The position numbers and the translations under genes were made by a program. DNA of 64,000 nt from positions 18,848,001 to 18,912,000 of the forward strand of contig OZ231126.1 of NCBI GenBank assembly GCA_965153355.1, in the 5' to 3' direction. Shown here piece after piece: positions 53,276 through 64,000 of this stretch. This stretch comes from Flaccisagitta enflata. Its lineage: Eukaryota. Within the stretch, counting starts at the first letter, position 1. Each line of letters opens with the position of its first letter. The notes under the pieces are model-generated. The model was not told the origin of the DNA. It searched no databases and was given only the letters and a program-made list of their open reading frames with translations.

Positions 53276-55208
53276 GGATAAGAGAAAAGATCAAAAAGAT
53301 ATTACACATGCTGACTATGCATGATTACTCACCCATTTTCGAGTGCAAGAGATAATTCAAGAATACACTGTTCTATTGATACAGTTTTGTAGTTGATGTA
53401 GGTAATAGTTTTTGTATTCTTATGCAACTACACGGTGAATAGAAAATGCAATTGGCACTACTATTTCTATCTATGCTGCCGGTACATTTGGTGCTTTTGT
53501 AGCGTGGGAAAGACTAGTTTTAAGCAGGCCCAACATTGAAATCAATGAAAAGCTAAATTAGAAAAAAGTTACCTGTTGAAATACCAGTAATGGCGACTAT
53601 TGCCGACCGGTAAAATTCGTTAGGGTGGTTTTTGTTTTGTTTTTTGTTTTTTTGTTTTTTTTTTCAAATTCTTCTCTCTCCTCATTTCATTTTTTTTCTC
53701 TCCTCGTTTCATTTTTCTTTTCTCTCTCTCATTATCTTCACAGAAACATCACTATTGTTAGGAGGAGACAAGTGCTTGATAGAACAAGGTCGGATACACG
53801 GCTACCGAAGACGCGTGCGGGTGGACAGGGGCCATATTTCAGGTCACCAGACCATTTGGGCAGGAGCAGTGAGGTCAAAGAAATAAAATCATAAAAAGAA
53901 GTTAAGTGTGACCGACCGACCAACAAACGGACGGACAAAGTGGGTTGTAGAGTTGCGTGCACGCGACTAAAAAACGTTATTGATTACCCATCTAGTACGA
54001 CCTGCTTTGAACGTGCTTCCTTGAACTTGAAGAAGCCATACTGAACAAATTATTCGATGGAATAGAGGACAAAGGAAAACATTCAATCCAATCTGCTGAC
54101 ATTTTGTTAGAGAACCATTATCGGTTTGTTATCATTGTTGCATTGATTTCTTTGTCCACGCTAACCGCTGCCACGGAACTCAAATTTTTCGATTGCCAAA
54201 TGCTCAGTCATGATTCCCTTCATAGAAGGCGTTTAACTCATAAGTGTATGGCACGGAATATCAAAGGGCTGTCGGCAACCGCTTTCAAGTCCGACAGTGC
54301 TTCACGCTTGACAAGGTTTGCTACTTATTCAGTCTTTTTTACTCTTAAATCATATTCTCGTGTGAGAAGTGGCAGCCTAATTTGATAGAAAAACACACGT
54401 TTTTTCTCACTCTTCTCTAGAGTGTTTTGTTATGCTGCAGTTTTTCTTTTTCTTTTTTTTTTTTCTATCTTTTTTCATTTTTTGTCTTCTTTTTCTACTT
54501 GGCCTTGAGTCCGACAGGGATGTAAGTCCGACAAACAGTTGGCCGACGTCCCTCACATCCGTCCCTGTACACCCATAAGTTTACGTTTTTTCCTTTTTCT
54601 CGTGCTCTTGTCGGAGATGGCTTACAAATTTTTCCTTGGGCCCCCTGCGTCCGATTATTGAGCACACCAACCACTGAGAGAAATGACGATAAGAGGAAAC
54701 GCGGTCTCAAATAAACAGAAACGTGATACACGCGATCCGCCTCGTTTGTAAACTAAGGATGCGGAAGCAATCGATTCCATTGCTTCCGCTCCATTTTGCG
54801 GTTTCAAATACTAGTAGCTATCTCACCCACGATACTGGAACCACTTCCCAAATCCATGTAATACGTGGTCTATATCGACGTTCATGCCATCAAACTTCCT
54901 TCAAACTTCGGTGTTTTATCGATCAATCGCCATGACAACCAATGCGATGAAATTTAGTCGTTGCCAAATTCAAACACACTCTCGTCCGTGGCAAAGAACC
55001 TGGAATGATTTCTTTTTAAGGACAGAAATAGCTTCCATGAAATGCCTTTGAATCGGAATTAACTTTTTGCTACGCAGACAAACACACTATTGGCGAACGG
55101 TTTCAAATTTGAATGTAAGGAAAATCACATCGTTCTTAACAGCGTCATATTTTCGGTTTCTGAGCAACGCAAAACGTCAACTAAGTCCAAGTCAAAGAGA
55201 GAGAAATC

Positions 55209-57082
55209 ATGAAACCCATTCTGATACTCATCTCGTCGTTGACATGTTTGGTTGTCGGCGCCGTCTCAAATTGGGGTAAATTCAAACTCACGTTTGGAGC
55301 ACATTGACTTTTTTACATCAATTTAAAGCGCTTCCTTTATGGAAATTTATTCAACATCAAAAATATAACTTTCGATTGTTTTTGATGTTTTATAGACGAC
55401 TACACTCAAGCATCGGATGGCAACTTCTATCGTTCTCTTGAGATAAAGACAAATTGGACTGAGGCGAGAGAAAAGTGCCGCAACGATTGGAAAGGAGCAA
55501 GACTCGCTATCCTCAACAATCATCAATCATACAATGCTGTACGAGGATTATATCAGTCTACTCAAAGATGGTAAACGATTTTTTGCATATATAATAATGT
55601 AGTAATATTGTATCTTCAGAGATTCTTGAAAATCCCAGATTCCTTATGTTCTTTCATTGCCTAATCGACAATGACAAAGAAATAGATGATAGAATGTTTG
55701 CCTAAATCAAAACAATGCCGAGTAAGCCATTCGGATCATCAAATGTTTGAATAACCATCCCACCAACCGACAGTTGGACATACACAACCGGTTAGAGAGG
55801 TGATTTGGCTCACCTGAAAGAAAATATAACTCAAGAGATGACTGATAAATTTTCTTTGATCTTTCTGCATTATAGGTTTTGGCTTGGAGCATCGGACAGT
55901 GACTCTGAAGATGAATGGTATTGGATAAATGAAGATGATGAAAAGGAAAATGTTTCTTTCAAAGCATGGCTGCCTGATGAGCCCAACGGAAAGACGAACG
56001 AAAATTGTTTAATGATGACAAAAATAGGAGATTGGATTGATTTAACATGCAAGCATGACGGAGTACCTTTGTGTCAAGTCCTGCAGAAACGTGAGTAAGA
56101 CCGTACACTAATGGGTTGCCTGAATTAGATATCTGTGTTTCTTTTTCAATCCCATTTAAAAAAAAAGTGCAATGCATGATTGAGTTTTTTTAAAACGACA
56201 AAAAATTTTCAAACCAAAATGAAGAGAAACAAGGCCAAAAGCGCCGATAAGGTGCGACGTGTGGATCATCGGACGAATGAGTTACCAACAGACAGACAGA
56301 CCGACAAACAGACGGACAAAGCAAGTTATAGAGGTGCTTTGTCGCACCTAAAAATCAACGGGGATTGCATTGGCTACGTAGTGTGTATGCATTTTCGTAA
56401 ACAAACAGGGATTCAAAATTAATTTTTACTCATAAGTATGGCAGATATTTCTTGCCTTCATGGTTCCCCCGATTTGTGTGGTAACCAGAACAAGGGCCAA
56501 TAATTTGTTTTTTTTGTTTATCAGATATGATTGCTATCAAATAAATACCTCAGCCATGTTAATACGATCTTGGAAATGTCTAATTTGCGTCTTATTTCTT
56601 AACCAACTGCCACAGGTCCCTGCGTTCAAGGCGGGGATGTCGTTGCTGGTTTATTCAAGAAAAAAGACGCGAAAGTTGAGCGTCTGGAAGTGCGCGATAT
56701 TTTGACGTAAGTAATGCAACGTAACTTTGCTTGAATTTTTCTCACAACAAAACCACACTGTTTTTTTTTTTCAGAATTACTTGGTTTTGATGATGTATTT
56801 GTTTCGCTCATTAATTAAGATATAAGAGTCATTATTCATTAGACCGTGAATGTATACGAAGTCACGTCCACCATGTCCGTGGACGTGGTGAAATTTGGTC
56901 ATGAAATCCAGTACTGTAGGTCTTGAATAACTTTATACTTCCGTAATTGTTCCACCTTCAGCGCGGTTTTCGATTATTTTCAATCTGATGGGAACAAACA
57001 CAACGAGAATTGCAACAATCGCAAATTCAAAGTGAAATCCAAAAACGTCAACGCAGTTTTTAAAGCCATGGAGGCCAACTAG
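55209..57082 (+). CDS. Secreted C-type lectin (EPN/WID, mannose-type motif), copy 6, most divergent, ~222 aa
   Basis: GT-AG exons 55209-55275, 55396-55570, 55876-56090, 56616-56706 and 56962-57082 are in frame (669 nt). FWLGASD, WLPDEPNG..NENC, WIDLTC, PLCQ, then PCVQGG...ENCNN. Confidence 0.88.
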
Positions 57083-57892
57083 AGGCTATGAAAACAAGGC
57101 CAATACCTATAAGTCGCGTGCGAGACCTACAGATTGACTTAGAATGACTTAGAATGTTTCAGTATACTTTTAAATGACTTTGAATGACTTAAAGAAATAA
57201 AATTGATAAAAAAAGTAAATGTCTGATGGAACAAAAGACCGACGGACGGACAGACGGACAGACGGACAAAGCAGGGTGTAAAGTCGCGAGCACGCGACTA
57301 AAAAACAGTCCAGTAACCCACAGGGAAAGGCGTGATTTAACGGAATTGGGCAAGCTGGCCCGCGTTACCCACATGGCAGTCGCTCACCCTCAATCGCAAA
57401 CCAATCCAACCGACACAATTGAAATACTTACCAAAATTTGAATTTACAACCTTTGCAAAATGGATTAGAAGACGATTTTGAAAGGAGTTTTTTTTTCTTT
57501 CTAATGAAATAAAATTCATGATTGAATATTCACGATCATAGTTTTTACATTCATAGTACAGTGGAGCACCGCTAGTAGGGCACGTCCAGTTTTTGTCCAC
57601 CTGTAATGAATTCAGCCGTTTGTCCCATGAGAAATTTTGTAGGTTATTTCTTTATTGGCAGATTAACTATAAAGCATCATGAATGCTCAGTCCCTTGAAT
57701 TGCGCTCTAAAGAAAGCTCAACTGTACACGTTCTACTCTAATCAGCTCTCTTATGCCTCACTCAATAATCGTTGACATTTACCTGGGTGGTCGAGAGGCA
57801 ACCTTACCTGTCATTACCAAAATAATCGTAAAGAAATAAAAAGATATTTCGCTTTCAAGACAGATGCGAGACGGATGGATGCACAAGGAGAA

Positions 57893-57978
<86 letters not shown>

Positions 57979-59243
57979 GTCACCGGTACACGGGAGGTAG
58001 GACGTGGTTGTGGCCAGATTTGTCCCACGAGCCACGACATTTGCGATCGAAGCGGCAGGAATGATTCTGCAGCTGATACAGCCGCGTCAGTAACAGCAGT
58101 AACGATGAAGCAGTGGCGATGACGATAATTGATATCGTCGTATTCAGTCATTTCCTCCATCGGTCGTAAATCCCAACCACTTATCGCCGATCGCAGATTC
58201 TAAGTTCCAATTGCCGATCCCTCAATCGCTGATCAAACTCAGGTCATCAATCCTTTCAACTGACTGTCATCGCCGTTGTCATCGTCAATTGTCATTATCA
58301 TTGTTGGCAAGTATGGACATTGTCACTTCACTTTGAAGATGTTGGTGTCATGATTGTCATTGTCGCTTCATTTTCATCGTTGTTGCAGTTCGTCATCATT
58401 ATCGTTGTCATCATCATTGTTGTCAAGAATGGGTGTTGTCACTTCTTTTTGATTTTTTCATGTTTGTGAGAAAAAAAAAACACAAAAAAGAAAAAAAAAT
58501 AACACAAAAAAATTTTCATTGACGTTTAGAAAATACTAAATAGTAAATGAAGACTCGAATTGTGATTTTTTTTCTTTTCTTTTTTTTTTTTGATAGGTCA
58601 TCTTCACTTTCTTCTTTTCTTTTCTTTTTTCTCTTTTTTTTAGCTATGCAGTATCATATTTCATTGTCTCGACAAATATTTTAAATTTCCATTCTTTACA
58701 TAAATGCGTGTTAAAGATTGGGCGTCCGCGGTTGGCGAGCAGAAAAGCAATAAAAACGGCTCCTCATATCTGTAGACATGCCAATAAGTCCAATTTTGTC
58801 TTGATATTAATCTGTACTCAGTATGATTAATCGATTATATGAATATGATATGCGTGTTCAGAATGCATACAAGTAACGGACAATACATTAGTAACATCTG
58901 CCATATCTCAACGTGAGCCCTTTTAAGTGGCGAACACGCAACTCTATAGGATGCTTTGTCCGTCCGTTCGTTGATACGTAGAGGTGATCAAGTCGAAAAG
59001 TGGTAAATGAGTGTTTTGGATACTTTTTATGTATGTTTGTGGAAGGAGTGGGATTTGGGGTATGGACAGGGGTAGGATGCCCCTGCCCACCCGTTTGCAA
59101 CGAAATTGTGACCCCGCGTCACATGTTTAAGTTTGTCTGTTGTTGTCGTTCGATTGTATTTGATAGAAAACGAATTTGGAGGATTAAAGGCTTGTGAGGG
59201 ATTTGGGACGGTGTTTGGTTTGCTCCTTCATTTTCTTTACCTC

Positions 59244-59332
<89 letters not shown>

Positions 59333-59821
59333 TTCCTTTCTTCTGCCATTGTTTTCTTGTTCCTTTCACTGCTGATTTCACGATGAACCGGATTTAATAA
59401 TGATAGAGGACGCAAGAAACCTGATCCTGTATTTCGCTAATTCTCACAGGGCCGTGACCATCAATAATACAAGGTGCAGCAAGCGAGCTAATGAATTGAA
59501 TCTACTGATGTGATTTGTAACTAAACAACGTGAGCACGCTAACTATTGAGCAATTATAAATCATCCAACATCAGAATCCCCACCCCTATGCAAGCCTCAG
59601 ATATCATATAGTGGGGACTGTGATGATGATTATGAGTACAGTGACAATATTTGCAGACATAATCCTGATTAGTCTATACTCACACTCTGGATTACTGGAT
59701 CAGCGTTTTGCCAACATCTGTACCGCGCTCTTCTGATTTAACTAAAGCTTACCGGCTATGTAATAATACCGCAACATCTTCATCTTCCATAACTAAAGCT
59801 GATGTTCTGCGCGTATTTGTA

Positions 59822-60389
59822 CAGTAGATGTCGTCTAGAAATACGGGGGAATTCAGAAAAAGAAGACAAATAAACTAAAGAGTTTGATATATAGATTATA
59901 AACTAATAAAAAGATGCTTTATTGCCCATGGATATTGGTTACCATGGAAACACATTTCCATGTATTAACACAAAAGTATCAATATTTTGAAAAAATTTTT
60001 AGGGAACATTTTTCAAAATAAAAATTGCTACAACTTTCCCACAATATGTTCTGTAAGAATATTGCTCGTTTAGCGGTTGCATCACAGAGCTGTCACACAC
60101 AGTAACGCCCCCTAGCAACAGCTAAACGATTAACGTTCTTATGGAACATTATTGCATAATATGGGAAAGTTATAGCAAATTTCATTTTAAATAATGTTCC
60201 CTCAAAAAAATTTCTCAAAATATTGATACTTTAGCGTGAATGCATGGAAATGTGTTTCCATAGCAACCAACACCCATGGGCAATAAAGCATCCTTTAACT
60301 AAATTAGTCTCTAAATATCAGCCTTTTAAGTACATTTGTCTTTCTGTAATGAATTCCCCCGTATTTCCAAGTCTAGACGACATCTACTG
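59822..60389. mobile_element. Foldback MITE family A (diverged copy)
   Basis: TA|cagtagatgtcgtctaga ... tctagacgacatctactg|TA, with the same palindromic core. Confidence 0.88.
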
Positions 60390-60887
60390 TACCCAGCTTT
60401 AAAATCAAATAATAACGAATTCATGAGTAACACAAATCCGTCTGCAACGCCTAAAAATTTTGTTTTCCCAAAAATATTTTCACTGCAATGCCAATGAATT
60501 CTCAAATTATTCGTTTCTCATTTTCATCACCAACCTGCACTGTTATTTTGTAATTTTTCATTTCATTTTTTTCTTATCTTTAGAAGTATACTACGAACCC
60601 AATGATTCATTCAGTCATATAGCTCTCTCTCTCTCTCCCATCCTCGCCCAAGTCGGAGGGAGGTCATGTAACAACGAAAACAATAACAAAAAATAACATT
60701 ATTTGCAATTACCTTGAAGAAAACAATCTTGGTGATGGAGTTAGTCGTTAATGAGTATCCATGCTGTAAAAGGTATCAGAGAAGATAATACAATGCTTGT
60801 TACCTTGTTGAAATAAGTTTTAGGTCCTGTTCACATCTGGAAAATTTCAAAGGCCTGCCGGGTGGAGGTAATAAAAAAGAGCAAGAA

Positions 60888-60934
<47 letters not shown>

Positions 60935-61180
60935 TAATGGTACATAAGTGATAAAGTGTCGATTGATAACTTAAGTGGAAGTCGAACAGGTTGCCTCGGG
61001 TTGCTCAGGGTAGTTGATCTCTTGAGGCTGCAGTTGTTGTTGTTGTTACAAAAATTGTTGTTGTCATCAAAGATATAACGAGGCATGAAGACTGAACAAG
61101 GGTATGTTCGCGTTTGCATATGGTTATATGATATGATATGGTTTGTCCGTCGTTCATGTTTATATTTTTGCACCCAAATA

Positions 61181-61831
61181 CTACTCGACTAAAAAAAAAA
61201 GCCGCACCCTGTTTTGATTAGATAAAAAAGAAAAAAATCCAGGGGTGTATATAGCTGAGCGGCTTTTGATTTTATTCCCCCCCTGCCTTTGATTTTCTTC
61301 CCTGCAACGCGTCGCGACAAGTTACAAAATCTATGATTTTCTTCCCCACAAAGAAATTAAACAGTATATCATAGGTTTAAATAGTGTTAAAATGTGTTGT
61401 AGTAATCAGAGACTACCATTTGGAACTACCAAAAATGTTAAATTTTCAAAATTTTCTTTTTTTTTTCTTTTTTAGCTTTTGATTTTTTCCTCATCTCCAA
61501 ACCCTTTGATTTTATTCCCCCCCCCCCCCCGCCGGAGAATGCTCAACTTTATACACGCCTGAAAAAATCCAATTATTTTTTTTCTGTTGATATAATTTCA
61601 AAGATTTTTTTTTTCATGGTCTGATTTGTAAAAATGCTCATTTTTCATTGGGATTGCAAACTGATTATGGCAATATTTCTATTCTTTCTTCTTCCATTTC
61701 AAAACGAAAAAAGCTAGAATTGCCAGATTGAAGCCAAATGAAAGATCATTCTAAGATTTCAATTAGTTTTCTTCAAATTTAATATGACAATTTGCCTTTA
61801 AAAAGTGCGGCTTTTTTATTGAGTCGAGAAG
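61181..61831. mobile_element. TA-flanked MITE containing a nested hAT MITE
   Basis: TIRs ctactcgactaaaaaaaaaagccgcac / gtgcggcttttttattgagtcgagaag, with TA on both sides. Confidence 0.75.
61240..61561. mobile_element. hAT-type MITE
   Basis: TIRs caggggtgtata / tatacacgcctg, with 8-bp TSD AAAAAATC (61232-39 and 61562-69). Confidence 0.85.
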
Positions 61832-63449
61832 TATAATTTGCCCTCAAGAATTAGATTTCTTCCATTGCATTGCATTGCATTGCCCCCTTCACTTTCAAAA
61901 AAGTCAAAACCTAAAATCGCATCAGGTGGGCAGGGTGATAATAACATAGACCCAAAAGGCTGAAAATATAGAAAAATATGTTGCTTACTGACAGATCAAT
62001 GGGTCAACCGACATATAACAATAACAGCCTATTCATAAACATAAAACAAGCCAAGTGCAAAAAAACAGTGGAGGACATTTGGGCAGGGGCTATACTAAAA
62101 GGAATGATCATACCTGAAACACACTCATGATTGTCTTTATAAGCAATAGGCTAATGACCTGACCACACTGTGTTGCCTAGCTGTGATAGGTAGGAAAAAA
62201 TGCCACAGTATAGCGACCTATTTTGGGGTGTTATATACATCTAAGTGGATGTCACCATACATGAAACAAAAAATTCTGTTGGGATTTTTTCTAGAAAACG
62301 CCGTAAAAAGCCGTAAAATGCCGTAAAAATGACATTTTTTCAGTTATATGAACTCAAAATCAGTGAGTCTGGTCAGAAAATGGTCTAACAATGTTGATTT
62401 AGCACTGAGAGATATTTTTTCAAAAATTCAAGTCAAGCACACATCATTTTGTAGTATTCAAATGCCGTAAAAAGTCATAAAATGCTGTAAAAATGACGTT
62501 TTTCACTGTATAGTGTATTTTGTAGGCTCAAAAACATTGAGTTTAGTCAGAATATGGTCAAGCAATGTTTGTTTGGCACTGAGACACAAACCTTCAAAAA
62601 TTCAAGTCAAGCAGCCATCATTCAGTATCATTTTTTGCCGTAAATTGCCGTTAAAATTGCATTTTTAAGCATTTCTTGGGTGTCACTCCCTCGTAGCCCG
62701 AAATTCACTTGAAAATTGACAGAAAACAATCTTTGGGCCAAAGAGAAATATATATCAATATTTTTTAGCCTGAGGTGGTAATTTAGTTTACTATTATCCC
62801 GTAAAAGGCGGTAAAGTGCCGTAAAGATAACGTTTTAGGCAGCTTTTTTAGATATTTTTTTGCTGTAATAACTGCTCCACTTGTCATAAATTATCAAAAC
62901 AATGATGATTTAACACAGAGTTACATTCAAGCACATATTCAAGTCATTTTGGTGTCATTCAGTGTCACTTTCTGCCGTAAAATTGCCATTAAAACAGCAT
63001 TTTTGAGTGTTTTTTTAGGTCTTACTCTTTCAAATAGCACCTCATTTGCACAATAACTGCCTGAAAATGGATATGGGGGCTTGGGACATACTTATTTTAA
63101 AGTTTAAAGATAAAGTGTCATGATTAAGTCATGTTTGAAAGCAGAAAAGAGCTGTAAAATTCTGCGAAAATCGCAATTATGGTAGTTTTTAGGCTAATAT
63201 TTGCAATCATTAGCCTAATTCTATCAGGTTTACCTAGTTATGTTCTGGGTATCTATGTGTGCATGTGTACATGTGTGAACATGTGTGTGGGCACCTTTCC
63301 ATAAAGTAATATATCATACTGTTGCACCATCTTGCTGACAAAATAAAGAAAAGAATGTATTATGTAATAAGCTTTCAAGGTAAAAAAACATATACAAACA
63401 CACACATACACACACAAATATACATACACATGCACACACATATAGACAC

Positions 63450-63756
63450 TAGGGTGGTCACTAAATAGGGTCAAATTTCAAAAAATGATATACTCTAGTT
63501 TTTTGCATAAATGCACCAAAAAAGAAGGTTTTCCCACAAGTAGAGGTCTGAATTTGAAGATTAAATCATGGCGGCAAAACTATAGGCTTCCTATGGCAAT
63601 AAAAAAATCCCCATAGCAACCCTATAGTTTTGCCGACAAGGTTTCTTGTTTGATTTCACACCCCAGCTTGTGAGAAATCCTTCTTTTATTGGACATTTGT
63701 GCAAAGGGCTCAAGTATATCAATATATGAACTTTGACCCAATTCCGGACCACCCTA
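63450..63756. mobile_element. hAT-type MITE
   Basis: TIRs tagggtggtc...gggtcaaa / tttgaccc...gaccacccta, with 8-bp TSD ATAGACAC (63442-49 and 63757-64). Confidence 0.88.
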
Positions 63757-63776
63757 ATAGACACACACATACATAC

Positions 63777-63822
<46 letters not shown>

Positions 63823-64000
63823 TCACACACACATACACATGCACAAGCACATGTACACATGCAAAAAACATAATCAAGTTAACTATATGGTTGTAAATAA
63901 TACCCCAAGAACAGCCAAAATGCATGGTATAGTGTGGTATTCTAAGCATTTTACTGCTATTCCATCATGACACTTTACTTTAAAACTTTGAAAAAAGTAT

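Noticed and set aside
54104-54385. ORF with a hydrophobic stretch, as a possible seventh lectin exon 1
   Set aside because: It lacks the family's W-G|GT exon end, an ATG start and downstream CTLD exons.
59684-60836. Minus-strand micro-exon-like segments (60804-60836, 60713-60763, 59684-59717)
   Set aside because: The splice signals look plausible, but phases do not give an open frame and one intron would be only 40 nt. This needs RNA evidence.

Overview
Repeat-rich, AT-rich eukaryotic (invertebrate-type) genomic DNA. Most of the ORF track is microsatellite noise. Main content: (1) a tandem cluster of six paralogous five-exon genes on the + strand (16.9-57.1 kb). Each encodes a ~220-245 aa protein: signal peptide + short-form C-type lectin domain + an unrecognised ~70-aa two-cysteine C-terminal domain. 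Four copies look intact, one is a frameshifted pseudogene, and one has a mutated splice acceptor plus an LTR element in an intron. The sugar-binding motifs differ between copies (QPC, QPD, QPD, MPR, QPT, EPN), and an RFX X-box-like motif sits at a similar position upstream of most ATGs. (2) A young full-length BEL/Pao LTR retrotransposon (29191-37752, - strand, 538-bp LTRs, CCCGT target duplication). It has no tRNA-type PBS; that position is instead complementary to a segment of its own LTR, which suggests self-priming. (3) The 3' part of a CR1/L2-group LINE (1-~3582) whose long 3' UTR holds an ~80-bp-periodic array of conserved stem-loops. (4) Many non-autonomous DNA transposons (Tc1/mariner-type foldback MITEs carrying X-boxes, hAT MITEs), DINE-1/HINE-like elements (two hosting satellite arrays) and microsatellites. 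Gene models and coordinates were derived by eye and need RNA-seq or alignment confirmation. No database searches were run.
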